From Eledone cirrhosa (Eukaryota), in NCBI GenBank assembly GCA_964016885.1, contig OZ024741.1, positions 185,566,001 through 185,630,000 of the forward strand: 64,000 nt of DNA, in the 5' to 3' direction. Every line of letters starts with the position of its first letter. Position 1 is the stretch's first letter. A program made the translations under genes and the position numbers. Positions 12,900 to 27,119 of the stretch are shown piece by piece. Under the pieces are notes generated by a model, which ran no database searches, was not told the DNA's origin, and worked only from the letters and a program-made list of their open reading frames with translations.

Positions 12900-13589
12900 A
12901 TATATAGATGTATACCCCAGGACTACCACTCTTCTCCACCTGTATGAGCTTGTTCGAAACCAGACGGGTGTTTATATAGCATAACATACACTATTTGGAG
13001 ATACGGATGTTACAATTCAATCTATACACGTATAGCAGAACACTGAACTGAACTTATTTGCTTGTGTATGGTGTTGCGGTTAACCCAATATTTCCAATTT
13101 ACATCGTTAAATTGAGATTTAACCAATGTGACATTTGTTGTTTTGTAAACTAACTTTCGGTGAATACTATATTGGTATATTCTTATATTTATGATTTTTT
13201 CTTTGACATCGCTTCGGTGTGTGTGAGAGTGTGTGTGTACCTACTCACACTAATTGTGACCGTCTATAGTTCGACATGTCTGATACTGTGTTGGTATGTG
13301 TATATATATTTTTTCTTTTTTCTTTGACCTCGAGTCAGTGTGTGTGGGTGTTGAGTGTGTGAGTACCCACTCACATTTACTGTGACCGACTGTAATTCTA
13401 CAGATTTGATTGATGTCCAGCGTCTTTTGCAGATATTGGGATATAGAAACTTGATAGCTGTATGACCTTAACTGAAGATGTTAGCAGTCGCCGTATTTTG
13501 ACTGCTTGATCTTCATATGAGGGAATAAACTCTGTGAGTGAACATTGCTAATTTTCTCCTCATATCAAGAATCTGAAGAAAATTCATTT

Positions 13590-13663
13590 TCACCTGACGA
13601 GTTCAGTGATAATCGATCATCGATTCACAATCGATCTATGCCTTATTGAAACACGTGTCGTGA
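13590..13663 (+). ncRNA. Type I hammerhead ribozyme
   Basis: tcac-CTGACGA-(long, imperfect stem II)-GAAA-CACGTG-TC-gtga. Confidence 0.8.
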
Positions 13664-13706
13664 TTATAATGATTGGAAATTTTACCTTGCCTTCGGATTT
13701 TCATTT

Positions 13707-13772
<66 letters not shown>

Positions 13773-14038
13773 AAGGGGATTAATATTGCAACAGGTACTA
13801 AGTCCCTCCGGAAATATATAGGGTGTCTATGGTACAGTTGTTGTCTATGGTATCAATTTGATATACCAGAACTATAACATTGAGATAAACGGAGCAAGGA
13901 AGATTCAAACACTTTTTGAAAATAAATAAAAATAAATAATTTAAATATTTACCTATTCCATTTGCTTTTACCGACGGTTTCGCCTCACAAAAGATTGGAA
14001 TACCGAGGGACTTCAAATGGACACTGACAGGAAGGTAT

Positions 14039-14080
14039 ACGGTGCTGATGACGCTAATAAGCTAGAAACTAGTTCATCGT
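14039..14080 (+). ncRNA. Type I hammerhead ribozyme
   Basis: acggtg-CTGATGA-c-GCT aata AGC-ta-GAAA-CTAG-TT-catcgt. Confidence 0.8.
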
Positions 14081-14463
14081 TCCTTTGTCAGTGTTGAACA
14101 AAATGGCAACGATTGTTGCCGAACACTGTACGGCTAATAATTCGGGCTGTTTGTTTACAAACAAACGGAGCATTATAATAAATGTTCGCTAAACACATAC
14201 GTACATATATATACATGTGTGCATGTATGTATGTATATACATACTGCTGTACGTCTGTATACATATATGTATGTACGTATACATACATATATTTAAGTAT
14301 CAGCCGCACTAAGAGTGAGAAATGAAATTTCATTTTTTCCATTTATCCTTTTCAGTACGCCCGGCAACTAACTCACTCGATATGCAAATTAGGCTACTCA
14401 GCCGTTAATATGCATGAGGAAAGTATTTACTTTCAAACGTTCAATAAACTGACAGGAAGGTAT

Positions 14464-14506
14464 ACGGTGCTGACGACAGCTAATAAGCTAGAAACTAGTT
14501 CATCGT
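14464..14506 (+). ncRNA. Type I hammerhead ribozyme
   Basis: acggtg-CTGACGA-c-AGCT aata AGCT-a-GAAA-CTAG-TT-catcgt. Confidence 0.85.
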
Positions 14507-14622
14507 TCCTTTGTCAGTGTTGAACACAATGTCAACGATGGTTGCTGAACACTGTACGGCTAATAATTCGGGCTGTTTGTTTACAAGCAAACCGAGGATT
14601 ATAATAAAAGTTCGTTAAACCC

Positions 14623-14705
<83 letters not shown>

Positions 14706-14785
14706 TGTATATATATGTGTGCATGTATGTATGTATCTACATACGTCTGTATACATATATGTATGTACGTATACATACTTATATT

Positions 14786-14816
<31 letters not shown>

Positions 14817-14834
14817 GTATATATATATATATAC

Positions 14835-14922
<88 letters not shown>

Positions 14923-14923
14923 G

Positions 14924-14956
<33 letters not shown>

Positions 14957-16672
14957 CGCAACAGCTTAACCACAAAAGAGTTTAACTATATAAGCCACTT
15001 CAAATGCAATACAAGCTCTTTTTACGGCTTACCGAAACTCCACAAATGTAAACCCATAAACGATGCATGTGACACCTCAACCAACAATTACATTGAACTA
15101 ACACCACCAGAAGACCTAAAACTCAGGCCAATTATAGCAGGCCCTACATGTGAAACCCACAGACTTAGCAACTTTCTGGACCTTCTACTGAAACCCTTTC
15201 TACAACATATACAGAGCTACATACGCGATGACCTTGACATGCTGAAACACCTCCCTAAAATAGTAAGTGCAAATACAAGTCTTGTCTCCTTTGACGTAAT
15301 AAACCTCTACACAAACATACCCCACAACTATGGAATAACAGCATTCCAATACTGGCTTAACACACACCCATCAGAAATACCGACACGCATCAACACAGAT
15401 TTTATCACTGACGGACTCCGCTTTATCCTACAAAATAACTACTTCACATTCAATGGTTCAACATACAGACAAGTATCAGGTACGGCAATGGGCACGAAAG
15501 TAGCACCCACATATGCCAACCTAGTCATGTGATTCCATGAACAACAAATATACAGTCAGTCCCTTCTCTTATTTGGAGACTCTTTCCACACACACCTCAA
15601 AGCCAATTGGAAAATATATCTAGATGACTGCTTTATCCTATGGCAAGAAGACGTGAACTCACTTACTACGTTTAAAAACATGATAAACAACATAGATAAT
15701 AACATACAATTCACAATGGAATCCAATCCCAAGGAATTAGCCTTCTTGGATATTCTCATCTCTGACGGGAAATTAGATACAGATATATTCTATAAACCCA
15801 CAGATTCCAAACAATACCTTTTTTTCACATCAAGTCACCCAAAACATACAAAACTTAACATTCCTTACAATTTGGCCAAACGTATATGTACCATAGTATC
15901 AGATCCACCTAAACTGGAGCAAAGACTAAAGGAACTAAAAGACACCCTTATCTTAAGAGCCTTTCCACTTGAAATAATCAACAATGGAATAGACAGGGCG
16001 AAACACCTAAATCCCCATCAACTTAACAATCCAAAACAGAAAACCACACTCAACACCCTGCCATATGTATCCACTTTCAACCCCAGAAATACCGAAATGT
16101 TTGATCACCTACACAAAAACCTCCCCATCCTACTTAAAGATGTAAAAATGAAGTCTATTCTTGAAACACACAAGATCCTTAAAAGTAAAAGACAACCCAA
16201 ATCACTGAAACGCATTCTCACTGGACCAAATATACCCAAACCAATCCTCAACCCTACAGTTACCAAATGTGGTAGAACAAACTGTGGAACGTGCCTCTAC
16301 CTCACTGAAGGACAAACATTTACATTCAAAGATGGCCAAACATTTACAGTAAAAAACAATTTCACCTGCAACTCGGAGAACTTGATTTACGCAATAACTT
16401 GCGGTGGGTGCAAACACAACTACATAGGACAGACGGGCACCTCATTACGCAAAAGAATGACCATCCACCGCCAACAAATCCGGGACGCTAACACAAGAAA
16501 AATCCCCTTGAGCAGCCATATTGCGAACTGCGCAGGAATGACACTACCCAACTTTAAAATCTTCCCCTTCTACAAGTGCTCAGATTCGTTCACACAGCAA
16601 CAAAGAATAAACAAAGAAAATCTATTCCTTAACAAATTTAAACCAAAACTAAACGGGTTATCACCCCAATAG
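14957..16672 (+). pseudogene. Penelope-like retroelement ORF (RT + C-terminal GIY-YIG endonuclease, Naiad/Neptune type), 5'-truncated, one in-frame TGA
   Basis: ORFs 14645..15532 and 15653..16672 share one frame, separated by a single TGA at 15530-15532. Motifs: [47 protein letters not shown] (15617-15628), FLD, FYKPTD, HP, linker CX4CX2C, LIY-CGGC-YIGQT..H..H. Confidence 0.95.
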
Positions 16673-17298
16673 AATTGTCATAAAATATAAACACACATAC
16701 GCACGGAGTGACAGAGATATATGTGTTTGTATGTGTGCATGTATATAATTATCACTACTATTAAAGACCAGAGACCAATTCTGTAGAATCAGGTTTATTC
16801 GTTGACAGACCATGCCTTTGTGTGACCAACACATCCATGTTAAACCCTGCACGTGCACACACATATGTCTATATATATATGCGCCTACAGAATTCACCAC
16901 TGTCGGTTGCGGGGCCCAATCTACATGAAGAACTCAATGTGATCAGAATGACTTATATTTTAATTTCACTGTCCTAACTTCTTATATTATGGAAAAAATA
17001 TATGTGTATGTATGTATATATATATGTTTGGAGGCCATTTCTCTGTGTGTGGGTGTATGTATGTGTGTATGTGTGTGTGTGTGTATGCGCGTGCATGTGG
17101 ATGTATGTATTGTGTGTGCGTGTGTGTGTGTGTGTGTGTGTATGTATGTGTGTATCTGGATGTATGCGTATGTGTATATATATATATATGTGTGTGTGTG
17201 TATATATATGTGTGTGTGTATGTGTATATATATGTGTGTGTGTTTGTATGTGTGTATGTATATATATGTGTGTGTGTGTATGTATGTGTGTGTATATA

Positions 17299-17349
<51 letters not shown>

Positions 17350-17906
17350 ATGTATGTGTGTATCTGGATGTATGTGTATGTATATACATGTGTGTGTGTA
17401 TATATATATATGTGTGTGTATGTGTATATATATATATGTGTGTGTGTGTATGTGTGTATGTATATGTATATGTGTGTGTGTATGTATGTGTGTATATGTA
17501 TATATATATATATATATATGTATATGTGTGTATATGTATATGTATGTATGTGTGGATGAAGGTATGTGTGTATATATAGGTGTAAGAGCACTAACTCCCT
17601 TTCTATCACGCTCCCCTCTCCTACCAACCACAATATACATACATATACATACATATATGTATGTATATTGCTTCCACCCCCTCACTGACCAGCAGCTGGC
17701 CAGCTGGCCATTGCTAAATCTGACCTTTATAAAATAACCCACACCCCCAAATAACTTCTCATTCACTACCAGAAAGGCACACAGCAGTCAACTTGTTGCT
17801 ACCAAGATGAAAAATACTATGAAATCCCACAATGAATTTTATACTTGAATTTTCAAATCTCAAATTTTAACTCTTCGTATTATTAATTTTTCTTAATATT
17901 AATCAA

Positions 17907-17950
17907 CATTTGAAAAGATGGCTTTTGTAGACCCATCGAAACCGGTCATT
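17907..17950 (+). ncRNA. Hammerhead with U3-A8 core in the PLE 3' UTR
   Basis: cat-TTGAAAA-GATGG..CCATC-GAAA-CCGG-TC-att. Confidence 0.7.
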
Positions 17951-18149
17951 TTTTATACCCTTCATTATTTCCTTACCTTATAAAATTATATGTTTTTTCA
18001 CAAAAAAGTATTCTGTCTCTTATATATTCCATGTGCCATTACCAACCTCAATTTTCTCTATATATATGTATATATATATATATACATATATATATACATA
18101 TATATACATATATATATATGTATATATATGTATATATATCTATATATAC

Positions 18150-18180
<31 letters not shown>

Positions 18181-18183
<3 letters not shown>

Positions 18184-18760
18184 GAAAGACGTAAAATAAG
18201 AAAATTTTAAAAATTAAAAATTAACTTACTTACTAAAATTTTCACTCTAACTAATTAGTTTCTGTAATGGGATAAAGATAGTTACGCAATGTAACCATCG
18301 AGAATTCATTACGTCATCAGGGAGTCTATTCTCAGCTAAGTCTCCAGGCAATGCGCGGACACTAGGAACTCATATAAAAATAATAATTCGGTGGATGGAA
18401 CAGCTAGTGGGGACTAAATTCCATAGCACTGAAAAAGTTCACTGTCTCTGGTCAAGTGGCAGATTCTAAAGAATCAATCACGTGACACTGAGGCTAGTCA
18501 GTATGAGTGGGATGGTATTATGACAAGAGCCTACTACCACTACAATGAGTTAGCAGTGGATTTGGCAAGTTTGCTCAGCAAATAAATAATTTGGAGATAA
18601 ATATAGAGAATTAGTATATTTACCAACATATGCGAACAGATGTACACCAATGCTAGCAAATACATAAGTTATGTCATAGTACCTAGGTGGTTCAATGCAG
18701 GGGGATGCAGAACAATTATATGAAAGACGTAAAATAAGAAAATTTTTAAAATTAAAATAT
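18181..18760 (-). mobile_element. HHR-bearing unit of about 538 bp with partial direct repeat
   Basis: tatgaaagacgtaaaataagaaa occurs at 18181 and 18719. Second copy at 51271-51670. Confidence 0.8.
18244..18325 (-). ncRNA. Type I hammerhead ribozyme
   Basis: Reverse complement: actcc-CTGATGA-c-GTAATG..CATTAC-a-GAAA-CTAATTAG-TT-agagt. Confidence 0.85.
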
Positions 18761-18867
18761 ATATGTATATATATATATGTGTGTGTGTGTGTATGTGTGT
18801 ATGTATATGTATATATTCATATATATATATATAAACATAATATGCATAATATGTATGTATGTATGCA

Positions 18868-18963
<96 letters not shown>

Positions 18964-19585
18964 GAAAGAGAGAGAGAAGGACAAGGTGGGAGATTAAGTG
19001 AATGAGAAAAATATGTAGAAAAGATGTAGACAGGTAGATAGAACAATCTAGATTTTGCGAGTGAACATATTTACCGTTATGTTAGATGAAACATAGACAA
19101 AAATAGGTATTACCTCAGTATTTTCAAAACGAGGAAGATAATATTAACTGTTATATTAGAATGTTTCAAAAGTGGACCCACAAAAATGAAAAAAAGGAAA
19201 AAATGCATAAAAGCTGCTATATATAAACCAATAGATCCCAAATCTATTGTTGTACTCTCCCGTAAATAAGATGCATTAATAGTGTTTGAAAATGTACAGG
19301 AAATGTATCAATCATATAATATTGGTTCCTCCATTTTGAAATTTTCATTCCTGCTTCGTGCTTTCTATCCTGTATGCATAATGTTTTGGTAGATAATGGC
19401 ATGAAAGTAGTAAAATGGTAGTCAGATTATGTGAATAGACAAACAACTAAAACCTATAGCCACATGCCTGCAAATACATAAACATATGTATCTACCCACA
19501 CATATATACGTAATATATACACTAGAGTAGAAACACATTCACGTATGCATACTCGCTTATATACGCATACAGCACATACACACGC

Positions 19586-19690
<105 letters not shown>

Positions 19691-19967
19691 AGAAACATTG
19701 TGAAGAATACGTCAGTGCACACGCATATATATATATATATATAATATATATATATGTAGAATAGAAACATTGTGAAGAATACGTCAGTGCAAACACAATA
19801 GCTTATAAAACTTGCGTATGAATGCAGATGACTTTCAACGATAAAGATCACTGCCTGAAGCAAAACGCTGCAGGTTACATTATGTTATATCCATATAATG
19901 TGTATATATTATATATACATATATATATACAATATATAATGTGTATATATTATATATACATATATAT

Positions 19968-20040
<73 letters not shown>

Positions 20041-20073
20041 TTTTCTTCCTCATAATCGTCTCTTTCTCCCTGT

Positions 20074-20117
<44 letters not shown>

Positions 20118-20872
20118 TATTACAATTGCAACGTATCTCGTCGGCCACTTATGATCTTTCTCACTCTGAGGATATGCTCTTAGTACACTGGTCGATCGCT
20201 TTTTAAAGCGAAATATTGAAAGAGAATACAATCGACCTATTATTTTGTAAACATTTTACAGTTGCTTTAGCTGATATTGTTTTGTTATTGTTGTTAGCGA
20301 AGCCTGGAGTGATGCTGGGGGTGATATAGAAGGTTGCGATGATGGTATCAGTGATACTGGAGTTACGGGTGTAGTAGGGATGTTTGGCGTTCGTTTCAAT
20401 GTGGTTTCGTGTTGCCTTCCTCTTCCTCATGGCAGTTTTGATGGTAATAATAATTATAAAAATTAATATTATTCAAATTCAAATTTATTATTATTGCTAT
20501 TATAATTATTATCAATATTATTATCATTTCCATTCTTAATTCTATTCCGCATCATCAAGAAAAACACACGGTGGTTTCTCATGATATCAAACCTTATAAA
20601 ACAATATATATTGTCAGGGAACGTCTTCACGAACCAAAGTATCGTCTTCCTGTTTTCCTTCGGTTGCAACGCTTTTCTAAATATTTACTTCTGCATTCAA
20701 AGATTGATTTTTTTAGTTTCAGAAGATCCCGTTAAGGGTGAAAGCAGCGATTCTTTGCTTAAACTTTAATCTGTTATTTTAATAAATATTTGCTCTAGGG
20801 TTCTTATATATTTGATATATATTTATCCTTATCGAGCCATCTTTGGATTTTAGTCTTCAAATTTATTATTAT

Positions 20873-20955
<83 letters not shown>

Positions 20956-20990
20956 CGTGTGTATGTGTGTGTGTGTGTGTGTGTGTATGC

Positions 20991-21045
<55 letters not shown>

Positions 21046-22691
21046 TGCGTGCGTGCGTGCGTGTGTGTGTGTGTGTATATATATATTGTTTGTAACACTA
21101 TTACACCAGTATTATCCCATATTATCTCTCAACTGCTCTTTGATTCTGCATCTTGGCGGTTCGAAGACTGCCAGATTTGTCGAATGGGAGTAGTTCTGGT
21201 AATACTTTAATTGATTGAATTTTTAGAAATAGTTATACATTACTATTATCTTTCCCGCTTTCTCTTGCATGCCCGCATTCAATTCTGTTAACGAATCGGG
21301 ATGCAGTGTACTTTGCCCATGTGTAAATAACGTTACCCTCAAATTACTGCCGATATTTTTCAATGTCATTTGAACTAAGTCTCTCTACCAACCAGGTATG
21401 CATGTAAATGTTGTTAAATACAAGCGTTAAGTGAAAATTTCGGAATCTCAAGCTAGAGAATACCATATTTTCGTCTGTCAGGAAACATTTTCAACCGCAA
21501 TATTACGAAAGAGATTAGTATGTTTGATTAACAGTATACCCAAAATAATTTTTTAAAACTCATTGGCTCAAACTCACCATAAAAGAAAAAATACTTCATT
21601 AAATCTGAAAAGCCTCCAAGATTCTTCTTTGCCTGGGGTGCTGAGATACAGTTACATGCTTTCAAATAATTTGTAGACCTTTAACACAGTAGGAGGGATT
21701 TGCCCCACATTAATATGTCTCCAGAATTATATTGCTGTATAAAACACTTGTTTGCAGAGGTAATTGGAATTACATTTTCAATGGTCTATAGAGCTCAATT
21801 ATGGTTAGATATGCTGTGTACATACACTGTAAATGAGTCATGAGAGACATGACACCTCATTTCTTCTATCCAGGCCATCCTCAAGAATTCCTTGACTTTC
21901 ACTTGAGAATCCAAATATAGATATAAAACGGTTTTTAATATATGATCTCGGCTAGGATAAAGAAAGACATGTTGTGTGAGTGGTCATGTAGTTAACCATG
22001 AATACAAGGAATCCTCCATTTTTCACATTGATGGATGGGCTGATTGACTGATGCTTTTAGAATTTACCAGAAATGTCGGAGACAGATTGATTGTTTATTT
22101 ACAGATTCAGTGGCCTTGCATTATTTACAAAACTGAGAATGAGTGTGTGTGGGAGGAGAAACAGTAGAGACTGATGAAGCGTAATAGCTAAAATTATTTT
22201 TGAAATATTTTTGCTAGATTTATCCTGGCAGAAAAGGAGATTTCCTGCTTAGTGATTAGTTGATGTTTGGAATCTTAGTGGTGGTAGTTGAAATGTCAGA
22301 TATAGTGAAGATTATTGACTTTGTTCCAACTGATTGCCTTCTTGTTTTCTTTGCCGTAGAAAAGATTCAGACGAGCATTGCTGCAGTAAAGAGCGTTATT
22401 TAGGCAATGATTGATCAATAAGCATCGGTTTGGGTGTTGGTTAGAAGTGCATTACATAATTTTGAGTCGAGACTCTGAGAGATAAATGACAGCAGAGTCA
22501 TGTTGCAGTAATAATGTATCACGTAGGGAGGAAAAAACACATTTGGGTATTCCAATGCATATCTGTGTACACTGAGACATTTGTTTGTTTGAGTGAGATT
22601 CTAATTATCATTTCGGTGGTGTAGACGTAAACGGGCTATAGGATGGGCTAAACATTTTTACAAAAAATATTGTTCAGAATTATAAACTTCG

Positions 22692-22753
<62 letters not shown>

Positions 22754-22887
22754 TTTGAGTATATGTTGGTTGTCTACCAACACCTCAGTATGCAGATTGG
22801 AGCACTCGACGAAGTGCGCAGGTTGGTTTCGTTACACCGGAGTAATGTAAAATAAACTAAAATAAATAAAATTTGGCTTCGTTTATT

Positions 22888-22942
22888 ACTGCTATATATA
22901 TTTCGGTGACAGCCACCTTTGGCTGTGACCTCTTCAGGCAGT
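22888..22942 (-). ncRNA. Type I hammerhead ribozyme
   Basis: Reverse complement: actgc-CTGAAGA-GGTcACAGCCA aagg TGGCTGTcACC-GAAA-TATATA-TA-gcagt. Confidence 0.9.
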
Positions 22943-23897
22943 CCGAATTAGTGTGGTAAGAGACGAGTACACATGTTGAGATGTTTAACTTCGTCAATAC
23001 TCTGATATGCCCAGTTGCTGGTTGGGTTGTTATTTCACTGAGGAACTGGAATCATATGAATTTAAACAAACGAATATCAGAGTCAAAGGATATCCTCTCC
23101 TCCTATTGGTGAGTTGTGAGAACATTCCTCAGTAAAAAGCCTATAGAAATTCGTTCTGAGGCGAGGCAATCTGTAGTGGTTGTTTCTGTTATTGTTAAGT
23201 TCATCTGACCTCCACCCTTATGTTGGTAGTGGTGTTGGTGCTGGAGTCAGCTTAATTCCAGCTACTGCTGATTTTAGAAGCATCTGTGTGTGTGTGTTGG
23301 CATCTATCCTACCACCATTTCTCGTCGAATAAGATGATAAAAGAATAAAATAAAATATTCTTTTATCATCTTCTTCCTTCTACCCGTCTATCATTATTTT
23401 GTTTAATTATTTGCTTATATTATCTTATTTTCATTTTCTATTTCCTTCATTTTATTGCCTTTTATTTCTTAATATGCTTGGCCCCCCCTCCCCTCCCCCA
23501 CACCACCACCACCACCACCACGAAAATGGTGGCAGGATAGATGCCAACACACACACACAGATCCTTCTAAAATCAGCAGCAGCTGGAATTAAGCTGAATC
23601 CAGTACTAACACAACTACCAACATAAGGGTAGAGGTCAGATGAACTTAACAATAACAGAAACAACCACTAGAACGCCTCAGAACGAATTTCTATAGACTT
23701 TTTACTGAGGAATGTTCTCACAACTAACCAATAGGAGGAGAGGATGTCATTTGAGGCTGAAATTCGCTTGTTTAAATTCATATGATTCCAGTTCCTCAGT
23801 GAAATAACAACCCAACCAGGAACTGGGCATATCAGAGTATTGACGAAGTTAAACTCCTCAACAACATGTGTACTCGTCTCTTACCACACTAATTCGG

Positions 23898-23952
23898 ACT
23901 GGCTGAAGAGGTCACAGCCAAAGATGGTTGTCACCGAGATATATATAGCAGT
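23898..23952 (+). ncRNA. Mutated hammerhead (GAAA to GAGA), inverted copy of 22888
   Basis: actgg-CTGAAGA-ggtcacagcc..tcacc-GAGA-tatatata-gcagt. Confidence 0.65.
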
Positions 23953-23961
23953 ATTTTATTT

Positions 23962-24016
<55 letters not shown>

Positions 24017-24501
24017 AACTAATTAATACCTTAACACTTCACACAAAGTAAAACATTTTGTTTTAATCATTTTCTAACCCAGAAAAAAAAAAGACAAATA
24101 AAAAAGGAAAAAAAAAATGTTTTCTTCCTAATAATCGTCTCTCTCTCCCTGTTTTCATATATATATATATACACAGTTCAAGAGTAACCAATCTTATCTT
24201 AAAGAGAGAGATGGAGATAGGAGAGGAGATAGGAGAGGAGAGCTTGGTGAATTGGTTAGAAGCCAAAGCGTAAAGGCATGTGTCCTCAATGTGCAATATG
24301 TACTGGTAGGCAGCTAGGTGGTTCATGCAGAGGTTAGGTGCACAGAGCTGGAAATAATATATATATATATATATATATGCACATGTATGTCTGTTTGTAT
24401 GTGTTTGTGTGAGTGCCTGTGCGTATAATATATGCATATATGAATATATCAATAATCAAAGCCATGTAAGTAAACATATATTTATACGCACGCACACCCG
24501 C

Positions 24502-24544
<43 letters not shown>

Positions 24545-24631
24545 GGAAAAATTTGAACAGGGACAAAACAGAGAGGCAGTACAACGAATGTTTATTAATT
24601 TCACGCTCTGGAGAGTGGGGTGTTGGTGGGG

Positions 24632-24665
24632 GACGACGTTTCGGGCATAAGCCCTTCCTCAGGTG
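24632..24665 (-). ncRNA. Minimal type I hammerhead
   Basis: Reverse complement: cac-CTGAGGA-a-GGGC ttat GCCC-GAAA-CG-TC-gtc. Confidence 0.8.
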
Positions 24666-24745
24666 AGAAGTGTGTGGGAACAGAGTTCAAAGGGTGTGTA
24701 GGGGAGTGGTGGAGAGACTTATAGCGAAAAGAAACGGTGCGAATG

Positions 24746-24853
24746 AAAAAATAAAAAATAAAGAATAAAGATAAAAATAAAAATAAAAATAAAAATAAAA
24801 ATAAAAATAAAAATAAAAATAAAAATAAAAATAAAAATAAAAATAAAAATAAA
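24746..24853. repeat. (TAAAAA)n hexamer array
   Basis: Directly visible. Confidence 0.95.
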
Positions 24854-25924
24854 GCATGATCAAAATACAAGGAATGAGATAAATATATTTATATATATAT
24901 AAACAGATATATATATATATATATTAACAAATACACGCATACATATACGTAAACACTTATATATTTGCGTGTACGTTTGTATTTATCTATATATCTCAAC
25001 CTCACTCTATATAAATATGAATATAAATATATAAATATATATTATATATATATATATACATATTGTGAGTGTGAGAGTGAGTGAGTGTGTGTCTGTAATG
25101 ACATGGGTGGTAGGTTCTTTGAATAAGCACTACATTTGTGATCTTTATAACCGTATCAATCACATTGCATGAAGCCGAGGGATTTTGCAGATGCTTGAAA
25201 TAATATCTGAACGACACATCCAAGCGAATGAATACGACCAATTTGCTGCAGAACCTTCAATGATGATAACGCACATACCATAAAACTTCGCTAGATTAGA
25301 TGTTTAAGAGGTTTTTATTCTTCTCCTTCATATATATATATAAGCATAGGATACATTATACAATCATACATACATACAAACATAAATACATACATACACA
25401 CACACATACACACACACACATTTATATATATAAATACATGTATGTGTGTGTGTATGTATGTGTGTGCGTGTGTGTGGGATATATATATATATATACATAT
25501 GAGAATTTATAATGGTTAAAAGGAAAAAAATGGTTGATATTCGTAACAAAGTTGTACTAGAATAAAAATCTTCATGATTCACGACGCACTGGTTAATTTT
25601 TTCAGGTCAAGAAAATTGGCGTGAGTCTATTACAATATGCCAGCTGCGCGTTATAGTGAAAGACTTTGACAAGGAAAACATTGATTCCATAAAATGACCA
25701 GTGTTTAACAAAGATTTCTTGCCTTTGCATTTCTATGCAGATCACCGATAGGATGAATAGCCACTGATGAGTATATAGCCGGAGACCCGCGATCAATACG
25801 TACGCCTCACTCACATGTTTATAATGTTTATATATTTTTCGGCCACGAATGTAAAAGCACTTTACACAAGCTCTCCATTAACATATACGTATACATGCAT
25901 TAATACACACACAAACACATACAT

Positions 25925-26107
<183 letters not shown>

Positions 26108-26559
26108 TTTATACATGTATATATATATATATTTCGTTCTATAAGTAAATTAGAGTACTGCAAATTAGTAGAGTAGCTTTTACCGCAAACTCTATCGGAA
26201 ATATGAAACAATAACAGAAATAATAAAACAGAATTTTAAATACATATCAATGAAAAACGAGAGGATAAATAAATAAAAGTATGAAACATCATAATGATCG
26301 GGTGCCTTATCTAAGTGTTGTCTATGGAAGGACCAATTATTAATTACTGATATAGAGACGATATCAGAATACGACCTCAATTGCTTTAAAATTGTCGCTT
26401 AATTTAAATTAATTGGTAAGGTTATCCTTGTGAAGCTCAAAACGTTTAAGTGTTGACAGAAAAGATATATTCCAATCTTGTACTGGCTTCACTAGTGATA
26501 ATAGTAGTGTTGAATAATAGATTGTATGAGCTTGTTATCAACGTTATGTCCGATATATC

Positions 26560-26880
26560 TATATAAATTCATGAGAGATGTTTTAAGGGAACGGTCTGTT
26601 TTATCTGGAAAAAAAGAGCATTATAATGCAGATAGATGCCATTAGAATACAGGACAGTTAGGTGTTTCTCGAAAAGTGTTGAATGGAGAAACCACTGCGG
26701 GACTAGGGACACAGCCAAAGATATTGTTCAACAAAATTTGGAGGAAAATGTTACTGTCATTCAATAAAGGTTGCCCGGTGTATGAGGTACTGGAAAACCA
26801 ACTGCGAAGACAATGGTTCTTCCTCCACATATTGAGATATGGCCTTCGCCTGAATACCAAATTTTCAAATCGTGTAATGC
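26560..26880 (+). mobile_element. Possible decayed mariner transposase fragment
   Basis: KMLLS..KG..YEVL and VLPPH..PEYQIFKS loosely resemble mariner motifs (KVMLxVWWDxKG and HPPYSPDLAPSDYHLFRS). Confidence 0.3.
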
Positions 26881-26980
26881 ATCGCTAAATATATATTCTA
26901 AAGATGCTTACCCCCTTTATACACCCATACAAACGCATACACGTATACTGCGCGCAAACATATGTTTCTCTCTCTCACGC

Positions 26981-27030
<50 letters not shown>

Positions 27031-27058
27031 GCCCCCCCCCCCCACACACACACACAAA

Positions 27059-27119
<61 letters not shown>

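Larger units (their letters stand above)
14022..14790 (+). mobile_element. Retrozyme-like tandem repeat (425 bp unit, two HHRs), same family as 6331-7095
   Basis: CTGAYGA cores at 14045 and 14470. Unit sequence matches 6331-6775. Confidence 0.85.
14957..18060 (+). mobile_element. Penelope-like element including 3' UTR/pLTR, inserted in (TA)n
   Basis: RT-EN ORF is followed by a microsatellite-rich 3' region that ends in an HHR-like motif (17907-17950) and a TA tract. The 5' end abuts a TA tract. Confidence 0.8.
22752..23965. mobile_element. HHR-bearing fold-back element with arms of about 450 bp; family copies at 49500-49730 and 53020-53392
   Basis: About 22885-23325 is the reverse complement of about 23520-23955. 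TA flanks. Confidence 0.85.

Noticed and set aside
14645-14956. N-terminal part of the 295 aa ORF
   Set aside because: It is microsatellite read-through. PLE homology starts at about 14957.
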